64,000 bases of DNA from the NCBI GenBank assembly GCA_044221725.1, contig JBGAON010000001.1, positions 384,001 through 448,000 on the forward strand. Reading direction: 5' to 3'. The number at the start of each line of letters is the position of its first letter. Positions within the stretch are counted from its first letter, which is position 1. This DNA is from Elusimicrobiota bacterium. GTDB lineage: Bacteria > Elusimicrobiota > Elusimicrobia > F11. The position numbers and the translations under genes were made by a program. Positions 38,301-53,300 of this stretch are shown here, one piece after another. Below the pieces are notes generated by a model. The model saw only the letters and a list, made by a program, of their open reading frames with translations, was not told where the DNA came from and did not search any database.

Positions 38301-41300
38301 AACGGTGATTTGGTTATTAACTCCGGCGTGTTGGACCCGGCCGGCTACACGATCAATGTTGCTTCCAGTTTCTATAACAATGGAGGAAGATTCGTTAATT
38401 CCGGTTCGATTGTGTTTGATGGAACATCCGGTGCACAAACCATTCTTTCGGCGCAACAACCGTTCAATAACCTTACGATCAACGGCAGCGGCGCCACGTG
38501 GAGCTTGGGCGACAATTTGTATTCAAGCGGAACCATCACGCTCACCGCCGGAACATTGGATGTTGGGCAGAGCACCTGGAATATCAACGCGGTAAGTTGG
38601 ACCGACACCGGTTCCGCTTCGTTCACGCGCCGCACGAGCACCGTGACCGTCACCGGTAGTGGTACCATCAATTCGAACGATGCGTTTCACAACGTCGTCA
38701 TTAATTCCGCCGGCACGCCGACGATTTCGAATTTGCTGACGGTCAGTGGGGACTGGAACAAAATGTCCGCTACGTTAACCACCACCGGAAGCACGGTTGT
38801 GTTCACCGGGAGTGGTGTTCAAAAACTCACGGGCGACACCACGTTCTACGGTTTGCGTGCGCTGACATCCAACGCAACGCTGCAATTCACGGTGGGCAGC
38901 ACGCAATACGTAACGAACATGCTCGAGTGGCGCAATGTGGGCTTGCTATCGACGGGTGCCAGCGGAACCACATGGTATTTCAGTTACAGAGGGTCGAGCC
39001 AGACGCTCACGAATTTGCGCGTGCGCGATTCGAACGCAGGGGCGAGCGGCGGCAGCATCATGTACGCCGGTGATGGTTCGAGCACAAATCTTGGCAACAA
39101 CACGAATTGGTCGTTTATTCCCCTGATTTCTGGAGATCGGTATTGGATCGCGGCCGGTGCGGGCAATTGGTCGGATCCGAACAATTGGTCGACCACGTCC
39201 GGGGGCGCCGCGAGTGGTGGGGTTCCGATCGCAACGCACTCGGTGGTGTTCGATGGGGGAAGCGGATCGAAAAACGGCGCTTGCACGATTGATTTGGCGG
39301 TCAGCGTGGCGAGCGTCACCATCTACGGATACACAAACACTGTTAACGCCGGCACAAACACCATTACGTTGTCAGGGAACTTTAATTTGTTGAGCGGCGC
39401 GTTTACGGCCCCTTCGACATTATTGAAAGTCGCGAGAGATTTTACCCACACGGCTGGCACGTTTAACCACAACAATGGAGTCGTGATGCTGTCGAGCGCC
39501 GGGGTTCAGCGGACACTCAATGTTTCGGGCGGTACGGTATTCAATAATTTAACGCTGAACGATTCGTTGGTTGGTTACTGGAAATTGGATGAAACGTCCG
39601 GATCCACAGCGTACGATTCGTCCGGATACCAAAGCGCGGGAAGTTATGTTAGCAGTCCCGTCGCCTCCACGACGACGGCAACAACAAGCGCACGATTCAC
39701 GAGCGAACGAAGTGTGGACTTCTCGGGCGGGAGCGCGTACATAGACCTTGGCCATCCATCCGCATTGAATCTCACCTCTGCGTTTACTCTTTCGGCGTGG
39801 GTTTATGCGTACTCATCTCCGGCCGGCGTGGGCATTATTTCAGAATATTACTCCGGAGACCCGGTGCAATACGAATTGGGAGTCGGAATGGATGAAGGCG
39901 GTGGTGGAAGCGCCAAACTGAAAGTTGGATTTTACACCGGCGCTACGTGGGCTTTGGCCGCTGATACTGTCGATATTGCCGTGGGTCAGTGGGTCCACGC
40001 GGCGGGTACGTGGGACGGCACAACCTTGCGTATATATAAGAACGGTACGGAAGTAGGGAATGGCACTCCGGGTTTGTCGCCGGTGGCCGACGGGGACCCC
40101 ATATTTATTGGTCGCCGCCATGATGTTGCGGGGAGTGTTAATTATTTCCCCGGGCTCATTGATGAGGTGAGAATTTACAATCGAGCGCTCTCTGCAACAG
40201 AAGTAGGGGCGTTGACATTGAATCGGCCTGCGGTCATGACGTCCACCACCACGTTGAGCGGCAACTTGGATGTTAACGGGAATCTCACTCTTTATTCCGG
40301 TACGCTCGATGTGAGCGGATCCAACTACCAAGTGAATGTGGCGTCGAACTTTTATAACTCGGGAGGGAATTTTGTGCCTCAAGCGGGCACCATTGTTTTT
40401 GATGGAACATCCGGAACCCAAAATATCCTGACGGCGCAGCGACCGTTCAACAATGTCACGGTAACTGGAAATGGTGCTACGTATCAACTATACGATCCGT
40501 TCTATTCCAGCGGGACTGTTACGCTTTCGGCAGGAACTTTGGATGTTTCCACACGCACCTGGCCGTTGAACGTGACATCGTGGACGGACACGGGTTCCGC
40601 TTCGTTCACACGACGCACGAGCACCGTGACCGTGACCGGGAGCGGCACCATCAATTCAAACGATGCGTTCCACAACGTCATCATCAATTCGGCCGGAACA
40701 CCGACGATTTCAAACACGCTAACGGTGTCCGGTGATTGGACAAATACATCGTCAGCAATTACCACCACCGGAAGCACCGTCACATTCAACGCGAGCGGTG
40801 TGCAAAAAATATCGGGCAGCACCACGTTCTACGCGATTCGCGCCATCACACCCAACGCGACGGTTCAGTTCGCGGTGGGAAGCACGCAGTACATCACGAA
40901 CGCTGTCGAGTTCCGGAACGTCGGATTGCAATCGCCGACGAACGGTGCAACATGGTACTTCACGTATCACGGTTCGAGCCAAACGCTCACGAACCTGCGC
41001 GTGCGCGATTCAAACGCGAGCCCGAACCAAGGGACAGCGATGAACGCGTACGATGGCACCTCGACGAATTTGGGCAATAACACGAATTGGAACTTTACTC
41101 CGCTGGACACTGGTTTCCGCTATTGGATTCCCTCCGCCGCTGGGAATTGGAGCGCGGCGAGCAATTGGTCAACCGTGTCTGGTGGTGTTGCTTACGGGGG
41201 CGTGCCGCTTTCTACTCACACGGTGGTGTTCGATGGCGTGAACAACAGCACCGGCAATTGCACCATTAATTTGGTTGTTTCTGTGGCGAGTATGACCATC

Positions 41301-44300
41301 AATGGTTATTCGGGAACCGTGAACGCTGGAACAAACACCGTAACGGTCGCCAATGCGTTCACGCTGGCGTCGGGCGTGTTCACGGCGCCATCAACGTGGT
41401 TAAGAGTGGGCGGAAACTTCTCCCACACCGGGGGTACGTTCAATTCCAGCAATGGGAATGTCATTTTCAATGGGGCCGGCGCTGGGGCAATCGATGCATC
41501 GGCTGGAACGTCATTCAACAACGTCACCATCAACGATGGTTTGGTGGGATACTGGAAGCTGGATGAAACGAGCGGGACAACCGCATCCGATTCGTCCGGC
41601 TATGGCGTTGACGGAACGTATGGGGGAAGTCCGGCAAGTTCAACGACGGTGCCCACAGTGTTTTTTAGTAATCCCCGGAGTGTTTCTTTTGATGGTGCCA
41701 GCACGATCGACGTGCCCAAGGTGGCTGCCAAGGTAGCGAGCGGAAGCGTGTCCATTAGTGCGTGGATTTTGTTGCGATCCGCTTATACCGCTGGCGGTGG
41801 AGACCGCGTTATCTTTTCGGTCTCCGACGCGACATCAAGCAACGACCTGTTGCTTGGGTTTGCAAACGGGACCGGTCGATTGACGTATAACGTGTACGAT
41901 GGAGGGAGTTATCAAACGGCGGCCAGTGACGGTACCACGAGTTGGTCGGCCGGAATTTGGTTTCACGTGGTGGGTGTCTACAACGCCGCTTCGGGCCTTG
42001 TCACCCTGTATTTGAATGGAACGCCATACGCAACGACGGGCAGCTGCCCCTCGCGCGGAACAACCGCTTCGCTCGATGCCGATATTGGAAGCCAGCAAAA
42101 TTCATTTGGGCTCTTTAACGGATTGATCGATGATGTGCGCGTGTATGACCGCGTTCTTGCGCCGTCCGAGATCACTGCGCTGGCGGCCGGCCGGCAACCG
42201 GCCACGTTTGTCTCGACGAAAACGTTAACCACCGCGCTGGATGTCAACGGAGACCTTGCATTAAACGCTGGGAATCTCGATGTTGGCTCCAGCTATCAAA
42301 TTAACGTGGCATCCTCGTGGTACAACAACGGCGGTGTGTTCACGCCACGCAGCGGCGGCGTCGTGTTCGATGGCACAAGCGGTAATCAGAACATTCTTTC
42401 CGGCCAACAGCCCTTCAATGATGTGACGATCAACGGAAGCGCAGCGACGTGGAGCCTGAACGATGCTCTCTATTCGAGCGGCACCGTCACGCTCACCGCC
42501 GGAACGTTCGACGTCTCAACGAGCACGTGGCCGTTGGCCGTGACAAGTTGGACCGATACGGGATCCGCAACGTTCACGCGCCGCACGAGTACGATCACGT
42601 TCGCCGGTGCGGGTACAATTAATTCGAACGATGCGTTCCACAACGTGATCATCAATTCGGCCGGAACCCCGACGATTTCAAACACGTTAACGGTGTCCGG
42701 CGATTGGACAAAAACATCGGCAGCGCTTACCACCACCGGAAGCACCATCACATTCAACGCAAGCGGTGTGCAGAAAATATCGGGGAACACCACGTTCTAT
42801 GCGCTTCGCGCCATCACACCGAATGCGACGGTTCAGTTCGCGGTTGGAAGCACGCAGTACATTACGAACGCCGTCGAGTTCCGAAACGTCGGATTGCAAT
42901 CGCCGACGAACGGTGCAACGTGGTACTTCACGTATCACGGTTCGAGTCAAACACTCGTCAATTTGCGCGTGCGCGATTCGAATGCAAGCCTGAGCCAGGG
43001 CACACAGATGGATGCGAGCGATGGCACGAGCACGGACCTTGGCAATAACACGAACTGGAATTTCGCAAACGCGCCGACGAACCATCAGTTCGTTTCTGTT
43101 TATGTTTCCAGTATCACGACGCAGTGGACACTGGCTTCTGGTGCCCAAGGATACGAACTCGATGCGTCCACCGGATCGTTCCCCAACTCGTTCGCCGGCA
43201 ACAAGAGTTCGTCGACGGTCGGATCCGTTAATTCATTGGCCGTATTAAGTCTGTCGGCGAACACCACGTACTTTTTGCAAGTGGGTTCCGTGTTCTTCGG
43301 TACAACCTATTATGGAGCGACACAAATTTCGACGGCGACGCTTGCCAGCATTCCGGCGACGGCGGCGAGCACGTGGACCGCGGTCAATTACACGTCGATC
43401 ACCGTGACATGGACGCAAGGACTCAATCCGTCATCCATCACCCAATACTTCGTGCAGTTGTCGACGGTCAGCAGTTTCACGGGCGCGAACGACAAATCGG
43501 CGTACACCTACAGTTTGAGCAACGCGTTTACGGGGCTTGTTCCGAACACGGCTTACTTTGCGCAAGTGCGTGCCATCAATCATTACGGCATCGCGACGAG
43601 CGTATTGAGCTTGGGCAGCACGACGACAATCTCCGTACCAGCGCCGGCGGGACTTGCATTCTCAACGGCATCAGCGACCACGCTAACGGGAACTTGGACG
43701 CCGCTGTCGTTCACGGCCGACTTCTATAACTTGCGCGTGAGCACCGATTCTGGATTCACGGGAACAATCACGAGTTCCGCTACTGTATTTCCGCCGACCA
43801 GTGTGACGACGCCAGCTCTCAGTGTGAACACCACTTATTACGGACAAGTGAATGCGGTCGTGAATGGGTCCACAGGAGCCTGGAGCGCGAACGTGACGAC
43901 CGCCACGCTCGCCAGCATTCCAGCAACAGCCGCTTCGACTTGGACGGCGGTCAATTACACGTCCATCACCGTGACGTGGACACAAGGACTTAACCCGTCG
44001 TCCATCACGGAATATTATGTGCAGTTGTCGACGGTGAGCAGCTTCACGGGAGCGAGTGATATGTCTGCCTACACGTACAGCTTGAGCAACGCGTTCACCG
44101 GTCTTGTTCCGAACACCGCGTACTACGCGCAAGTGCGCGCGATCAACCATTACGGCATCGCTACAAACGTATTGAGCTTGGGAAGCACGACGACAATTTC
44201 CGTGCCCGCGCCAACCGGTCTCACGTTCTCGACGGCGTCCGCAACGACGCTCACCGGAACCTGGACGCCGCTGTCGTTCACGGCCGACTTCTACAACTTG

Positions 44301-47300
44301 CGCGTGAGCACCGATTCTGGATTCACGGGAACGATCACGAGCTCCGCCACTGTGTTGCCACCCACGAGCGCGACGACACCAGCGCTCAGTGTGAACACAA
44401 CGTACTACGGGCAAGTAAATGCGGTAGTGAACGGATCGACGGGTGCGTGGAGCACGAACGTGACCACGGCCACGCTCGCGAGTATTCCAGTGACCGCCGC
44501 GAGTACTTGGTCGGCGGTGAACTTTACATCGTTCACCGTGACGTGGACGCAAGGGCTCAACCCAAGCAGCGTCACGAAGTATGTGATCCAGATTTCAACT
44601 GTGGGCAGTTTCACCGGCGTGAACGATCAATCGATCGCGACATACAGCTTGAACCAAGTTTTCACGGGTCTCATCCCGAACACCCAATACTTCGCGCAGG
44701 TGAAGGCGGTGAACCATTATGGAATTCCGACAAACTATCAGAGCCTCGGTAGCACGACGACGCTGGGCACGCCGGCTCCGACGGGCCTCATGTTCTCTAC
44801 AGCCTCTGCAACAACACTCACCGGAACGTGGACACCGCTTGGGTCCGGAGCCGACTTCTATAACTTACGCGTGAGCACCGACTCGAACTTCACTGGCACG
44901 GTCTCGAGTTCCGCGACGGTGTTACCGCCGACGAGCGTGACGACGCCGGCGCTCAGTGTGAACACGACTTATTATGGACAAGTGAACGCGGTCGTGAATG
45001 GGTCCACAGGAGCCTGGAGCGCGAACGTGACGACCGCAACGCTTGCGAGTATCCCTGCGACCGCAGCCTCGACGTGGACCGCGGTCAATTACACTTCGAT
45101 CACTGTTGCCTGGACGCAGGGCCTCAATCCATCGTCGGTGACCGAATACCAGGTGCAACTCTCGACGGTCAGCAGCTTCACCGGCGCGAACGACCAAAAC
45201 ATTTATACCTATGGCTTAAGCGGCGCGTTCACCGGTCTCATTCCGAACACCGCGTACTTCGCGCAAGTCCGCGCAATCAATCATTACGGAATACCGACGA
45301 ACTACTTGAGCTTGGGCAGCACGAGCACGTTGAGCACGCTGACGCCCACGGGGCTAACTTTCTCGACGGCGTCCGCAACAACGCTCACCGGAACATGGAC
45401 TCCGATTACTCCGGCCGCCGATTTCTACACGCTGCGCGTGAGCACCGCGTCGAACTTTACCGGTGTGATCACAAGCTCAGCGTCGGTGCTGCCTCCAACG
45501 ACCGCGTCGCTGCCGGCGCTGAGCGTCAACACGACGTATTACGGGCAGGTGAATGCCGTGCTGAATGGCTCGACGGGTTCCTGGAGCACGAACGTGACGA
45601 CGGCCACGCTCGCGAACCAACCGGCCACGGCGACGAACAGCTGGACAATGATTGCATTAACATCGGTAACGGTGACGTGGACCGAAAATGGAAACCCGGT
45701 CAACGTGACCGAATACGAAATCGAATTGTCCACGGTGTCGACATTCATTGGTGCGAGCGACATCACACACTTTGTTTATTCGACGACCGATACGTTTACG
45801 AGTTTGAATCCGACGTCAACGTACTACGCCCAGGTTCGTGCCATTAACCACTATGGAATTGCGACGAACTTCACCGATCTTGGCAGCACGATGACATTGG
45901 TCGCACCGATACCGACGAATCTCGCTATATCATCGGCGGCCATTAACAGTTTGACGGCGACATGGAGCGCGTCGAATCCGCCCGCCGAAACGTATCTGCT
46001 TGAAATGAGCACATCGAGCACTGACTTTGCGAACAAGAGCAGCTCCGCTACCGTCGGGGTCACGGCGACGATTGGTTCGCTCGGTGTGAACACGACGTAC
46101 TACGCGCGGGTCGCGTCGGTGATTGCGGGTTCAACTTATCCGTATAGCCCGTTCATTAGTTCCGCAACCTTGGCGAGTATTCCGGTGACGGCCGCATCCA
46201 CATGGACCGCCGTGAATTACACGTCGATTACGGTGACGTGGACGCAAGGCCTTAATCCTTCGTCGATGACCGAATACGTTGTGCAGCTCTCGACGACCAA
46301 CAACTTTAGCGGCGCGAACGACCAAACGGTCGTGACCTACGGATTGAGCAACGCGTTCACCGGTCTCGTGCCGAACACCGCGTATTACGCGCAAGTGAAA
46401 GCGGTGAACCACAGCGGTATCGCGACACTGTTCTTAAATCTCGGCAGCACAACCACGCTGGCGACGCCGGTTCCAACCGGTCTCACGTTCTCGACCGCGT
46501 CGGCCACCACGCTGACCGGCACTTGGACGCCGATTGCGGTCACCGCAGACTTCTACACGTTGCAAGTGTCGACGGACACGAACTTCACGGGCGCCATCAC
46601 AAGTTCGTCGACCGTCTTGCCGCCGACCACAGCGGCGACACCGGCGCTTAATGTTAACACCACGTATTATGGCCGAGTGAACGCGGTCGTGAATGGTTCC
46701 ACAGGTTCGTGGACCACGAACGTGACGACCGCAACGCTGGCGAGTATTCCGGCGACGGCGGCATCCACGTGGACCGCAGTGAACTTTACCTCGATCACTG
46801 TCACGTGGACGCAGGGCCTCAATCCGTCGGCGGTGACCGAATACCAGGTACAACTCTCGACGGTCAGCAGTTTCACCGGCGCGAACGATCGAGCGACTTA
46901 CACCTACAGTCTGAGCGCCGCGTTCACGAGCCTTGTCCCGAACACCGCGTACTACGTGCAAGTGCGTGCGATCAACCATTACGGAATCGCGACCAGTGTT
47001 CTTAGTTTGGGAAGCACGACCACAATTTCGGTTCCGGCGCCGGCGGGACTTACATTCTCTACAGCATCGGCGACAACGCTCACAGGAACATGGACACCGC
47101 TCTCGTTCACCGCCGACTTCTACAACCTGCGTGTCAGCACGGATGCAGGCTTCACAGGAACGATTACGAGCTCCGCCGCCGTGTTGCCACCAACGAGCGT
47201 GACGACACCGGCACTAAGCGTGAACACAACCTATTACGGCCAAGTGAATGCGGTGGTAAACGGATCGACGGGGGCATGGAGCACGAACGTCACGACCGCA

Positions 47301-50300
47301 ACGCTGGCGAGTATTCCGGCGACGGCGGCGTCAACGTGGACCGCGGTGAACTTTACCTCGATCACTGTCACGTGGACGCAGGGCCTCAATCCGTCGGCGG
47401 TGACCGAATACCAGGTACAACTCTCGACGGTCAGCAGTTTCACCGGCGCGGACGATCGAGCGGCTTACACCTACAGTTTGAGCAACGCGTTCACGGGCCT
47501 TGTCCCGAACACCGCGTACTACGCGCAAGTCCGCGCGATCAACCACTCTGGCATTCAGACGAACTTCACCAATCTCGGCAGCACCACCACGAAAGCGACA
47601 CCGGTGCCGACCAACCTCGCATTCTCAACGGCCTCGGCCACAACGCTAACCGCCACATGGAATGCAATTTCGCCGACGGCCGACTTCTACAACCTGCGTG
47701 TTAGCACGGATTCTGGATTCACGGGAACAATCACAAGTTCCGCGACGGTGTTGCCACCGACGAGCGCAACGACACCGGCGCTTTTTGTCAACACAACCTA
47801 CTACGCACAAGTGAATGCCGTTGTGAGTGGTTCCACGAGTGCGTGGAGTGCGAACGTGACGACGGCCACGCTCGCGAATCAACCGGCGAGCGCGGTGTCG
47901 ACGTTTACGTCGATCAACATTACATCCATCACCGTGACCTGGATTGAAAACGGAAACCCGGTGACCGTGACGGAATACGAGATTCGGCTGTCGACGGATT
48001 CCGGTTTTGGTGGCGCGAGCGACATCACGCACTTCGTTTATTCCACGACGGACACGTTCACGAATCTCATTCCGTTCACGAACTACTACGCGCAGGTGCG
48101 CGCGATCAACCATTACGGAATTCCGACGAACTTTGCAGCGCTGGGGAGCACGACAACAAAGGCGTCCCCGGTACCAACCAATCTTTCGTTCTCCACAGCC
48201 TCGGCAACCACATTGACCGGTACCTGGACCGCCGTGTCGCCAGCGGCCGATTTCTACAACCTGCAAGTTTCGACCGATTCGAATTTCACGGGTTCCATCA
48301 CGAGTTCGGCGACGGTGTTGCCGCCAACGACGGCCACCACGCCGGCGCTCAACGTGAACACAACATATTATGGGAGAGTGAACGCGGTTGTGAACGGTTC
48401 CACCGGTGCATGGAGTGCGAACGTGACCACGGCAACGCTCGCGAGTATTCCCGTAACGGCGGCTTCTACGTGGACCGCCGTGAACTACACATCGGTCACT
48501 GTTGCGTGGACACAAGGCCTTAACCCGAACAGCGTCACCGAATATGTGGTGCAACTGTCGACGGTGAGCAGCTTCACCGGAGCGAACGACCAATCGGTTC
48601 ACACGTATGGCTTGAGCAACGCGTTTACGGGTCTCGTTCCAAACACCGCTTACTACGCTCGCGTGAAAGCGGTCAACCATTCTGGGACCCCGACAAACTA
48701 TCTGAGTTTGGGTACCACGACGACACTCGCCGTTCCAATCCCCACGGGCCTCGTGTTCTCGACAGCATCCATCACGACGCTCACCGGCACATGGGCACCG
48801 GTCGCGGTGACCGCGGACTTCTACATGTTGCAAGTGTCGACGGATACGAATTTCACCGGCACCATAACGAGCTCCGTGACCGTATTGCCGCCCACGACGG
48901 CCACCACCCCGGCCCTGAGTGTGAACACCACCTATTATGGACGCGTAAACGCGGTGGTGAGTGGATCCACAGGTTCGTGGAGCACGAACGTGACGACCGC
49001 AACGCTTGCGAGTGTTCCGGCGACGGCGGCTTCCACGTGGACGGCGGTTAATACCACATCGATCACGGTCACGTGGACGCAGGGGCTCAATCCTTCCGCT
49101 GTGACCGAATATCTTGTGCAACTATCAACGGTGAACAGTTTCACCGGTGTGAACGATCAAGCAGCCTACACCTATAGTTTGAGCAACGCATTTACGGCTC
49201 TTGTCCCGAACACCGCGTATTACGTGCAGGTGCGCGCGATCAACCATTATGGTGTCGAATCGAGTGTTCTTAGTTTGGGAAGCACAACCACAATTTCGGT
49301 GCCGGCGCCAACGGGCCTTACATTCTCGACCGCTTCAGCGACAACGCTCACCGGGACCTGGACTCCGTTGCCTTTTGCCGCCGACGTCTACAATTTGCGC
49401 GTGAGCACCGACGCTGGATTTGGGGGAACCGTCACAAGCTCGGCGACGGTGTTGCCACCAACGAACATAACGACACCGCCACTCAGCGTAAATACAACGT
49501 ACTACGGGCAAGTGAACGCGGTGGTCAATGGATCAACAGGACCGTGGAGCACGAACGTGACCACAGCGACGCTGGCGAACCAACCGGCGAGTGCCGTGTC
49601 GACGTTTACGTCGATCAACATCACATCGATCACGGTAACGTGGCTCGAGAACGGAAATCCGGTGAACGTGACCAAGTACGAAATTGAATTGTCCACGGCG
49701 TCGAACTTCACCGGCGCGTCCGACATTGCGCACGTCGTTTACTCAACGACCGACACCTTCACGAGTCTGATTCCGTTCACGAATTATTACGCGCAGGTGC
49801 GCGCGATTAACCATTACGGGATCGAAACGAACTTCACGAATTTGGGCAGCACCACAACGAAAGCGGCGCCGGTACCGACGAATCTTGTGTTCTCCACCGC
49901 GTCCGCAACAACATTAACCGGCACCTGGACCGCGATTTCACCGGACGCCGATTTCTACACGCTTCAAGTCTCCACGGCATTGAACTTTACTGGAGCGATC
50001 ACGAGCTCGATCACTGTCCTTCCGCCGACGACAGCAGCAACGCCGGCGCTCAGCGTCAACACGACCTATTATGGAAGAGTGAACGCGGTGGTGAACGGTT
50101 CCACCGGGGCGTGGAGTACGAACGTAACCACGGCGACGCTAGCGAATCAACCAGCAACGGCGGCGAGCACGTGGACGGCCATCAACATCACATCGATAAC
50201 CGTGACGTGGACCGAGAACGGCAACCCGATCAACGTGACGCGTTACGAGGTTGAACTCTCGACAGCGTCCAATTTCACGGGCGCAAACGACGTCACGCAT

Positions 50301-53300
50301 TTTGTTTATTCGACGACCGACACGTTCACGAATCTCATTCCGTTCACGAACTATTACGCGCAAGCGCGTGCGATCAACCACTACGGGATCGAAACGAACT
50401 TCACGAATCTCGGAAGCACCACGACAAGCGCGACACCGGTGCCAACGAACCTGACATTCTCAACCGCGTCGGCCACGACACTGACCGGAACCTGGACGGC
50501 GATTTCACCGGCGGCCGATTTCTATACGTTGCAGGTGTCGACCGCCGCGAACTTCACCGGCGCGATAACGAGCTCGAGCACGGTTCTTCCACCGACGACG
50601 GTGAACGCGCCGGCGCTCAGCGTGAACACAACCTATTATGGAAGAGTCAACGCGGTCGTGAACGGTTCGACGGGCGCCTGGAGCGCGAACGTGACCACCG
50701 CGACATTGGCCAGCCAACCGCTGGTCGCGCCGAGCTCGTGGCTTAGCGTCAATGTCACTTCGGTAACGGTCACGTGGCTGGAAAATGGAAACCCGGCGGG
50801 TGTGACGCGTTACGAAATCGAATTGTCCACCGACACCGCATTCGGCGGATCAAACGATACCACGCACTTCGTGTACGCGACGACGGACACATTCGTCAGC
50901 TTGGATCCGGCCGCCACGTATTACGCGCACGTGCGCGCCATTAACCATTACGGAATTCCGACAAACTTCACGAATTTGGGTTCGACGGTCATGTTAACAG
51001 CGCCGGTCCCGTACAATCTTGTGTTCACGAGCGCGAGCATCAACAGCCTCACCGCCCAGTGGATTGATTCCACGCCGGCCGGCGAGAATTATTTGCTGGA
51101 GGTGAGCACATCGAGTTCCGACTTTGCGAACAAGAGCAGTGCGGTCACCGCCGGTGCGACCGGTACCATCGGATCTCTGAACGTGAACACCACGTATTAC
51201 GGACGTGTCGCGACGATCATTGCTGGTTCCACTTATCCTTATAGTTCATTGGCGAGCACCGCAACGTTGGCCAACATTCCGGTGACGGCGGTTTCCACGT
51301 GGACCGCTGTGAATTACACCTCCATTACGGTTGCATGGACGCAGGGAATAAATCCTTCGGCCATCACCGAATATGTCGTTCGGTTATCGACGGTCAGCAA
51401 CTTCTCCGGCGCGAACGACCAGACAGCGTCCACTTACGGATTGAGCAATTCGTTTACAAATCTGATTCCGAACACGTCGTACTACGCCCAAGTGAAAGCC
51501 GTGAACCACGCGGGCATTTCCACCTTCTTCTTGAACTTGGGAAGCACCGCGACGTTGGCCACACCGGTACCGACAAACCTCGCGTTTTCGTCGGCCGCGC
51601 TCACGACGTTGACCGGAACGTGGACACCAATTTCTCCAGCGGCAGACTTCTATAATCTGCAAGTTTCAACCGACGCGAACTTCACGGGCACCGTCACCAG
51701 TTCCTCGACGGTGCTGCCACCGGCGACCGCAACGACACCGGCGCTCAGCGTGAACACGACTTACTATGGACGTGTGAACGCGGTGCTGAGCGGATCCACG
51801 AGCACGTGGAGCGCGAACGTTACCACCGCGACATTGGCGAGCGTTCCTGTTTCCGCGGCAAGCACGTGGACCGCGGTGAACGTCACGTCAATCACTGTCG
51901 CGTGGATGCAGGGACTCAATCCTTCAGCGATCACCGCGTACGTGGTACAGCTCTCGACCGCGAGTGATTTCTCCGGTGCCAACGATGACACGGCGTCCAC
52001 CTACGCACTGAATTATTCCTTTACGGGCCTCGTGCCGGCGACGACGTATTACGCGCAAGTGAAAGCCGTGAACCATTACGGAATTCCGACGAGCTATTTG
52101 AATTTGGGGAGCACCGTCACTCAAACGGCGTCGTTCCCGACGAATCTCGTGTTCTCGAGCGCGTCATTAACAACGTTGACCGCTACCTGGGACACCATTT
52201 CGCCGGCGGCCGATTTCTACAACTTGGAAGTTTCGACCGATGCCAACTTCAATGGAACGGTCACGAGCTCCGCCACCGTTTTGCCGCCGACCACGGGGAC
52301 CGCGCCGGCGCTCAGCGTGAACACCACTTACTATGGCCACGTGAACGCGGTTGTGAACGGGTCGACAGGACCGTGGAGCGCGTACGTAACAACCGCCACG
52401 CTCGCGAGTATCCCTGCCTCAGTGGCGAGCACGTGGACGGCGGTCAACATCACATCGCTCACGGTCGTGTGGACGCAAGGACTCAATCCGTCGGCCGTCA
52501 CCCAATACGTGGTGCAATTGTCGACGGCGGCGGACTTCAGCGGTGCGAACGATCAGAGCGCGCGCACTTACGGTTTGAATAGTTCGTTCACCGGTCTTGT
52601 CCCGAACACCGCTTACTACGCGCAAGTGAAAGCGGTGAACCATTACGGAATCGAAACCAACTATTTGAGCTTGGGCAGCACAACCACGCAGACGACGCCG
52701 GTGCCAACGGGCCTCGCGTTCTCAACCGCATCGGCCACAACGCTCACCGGAACATGGACGGCAATTTCACCGGCGGCGGACTTCTACACGTTGCAAGTGT
52801 CGACCGACATAAACTTTACGGGCGCCATCACAAGTTCGGCGACCGTGCTGCCCCCGACAACCGTCACCACACCGGCGCTGAGCGTGAACACCACCTATTA
52901 CGGACGCGTAAACGCTGTGCTGAGCGGATCGACGGGACCGTGGAGCGCAAACGTAACAACGGCGACGCTTGCGAGCATTCCCGCGTCGGCCGCGAGCACG
53001 TGGACCGCGGTCAACATCACATCGCTCACGGTCGCGTGGACGCAAGGACTCAATCCGTCGGCCGTCACCCAATACGTGGTGCAATTGTCGACGGCGGTGG
53101 ACTTCAGCGGTGCGAACGATCAGACGGCGCGCACTTATGGATTGAATAACTCGTTCGCCGGCCTTGTCCCGAACACCGCTTACTACGCGCAAGTGAAAGC
53201 GGTGAACCATTATGGAATCGAAACCAACTATTTGAACCTGGGCAGCACGATCACGCAGACGACGCCGGTGCCAACGGGTCTCGCGTTCTCGACAGCCTCG

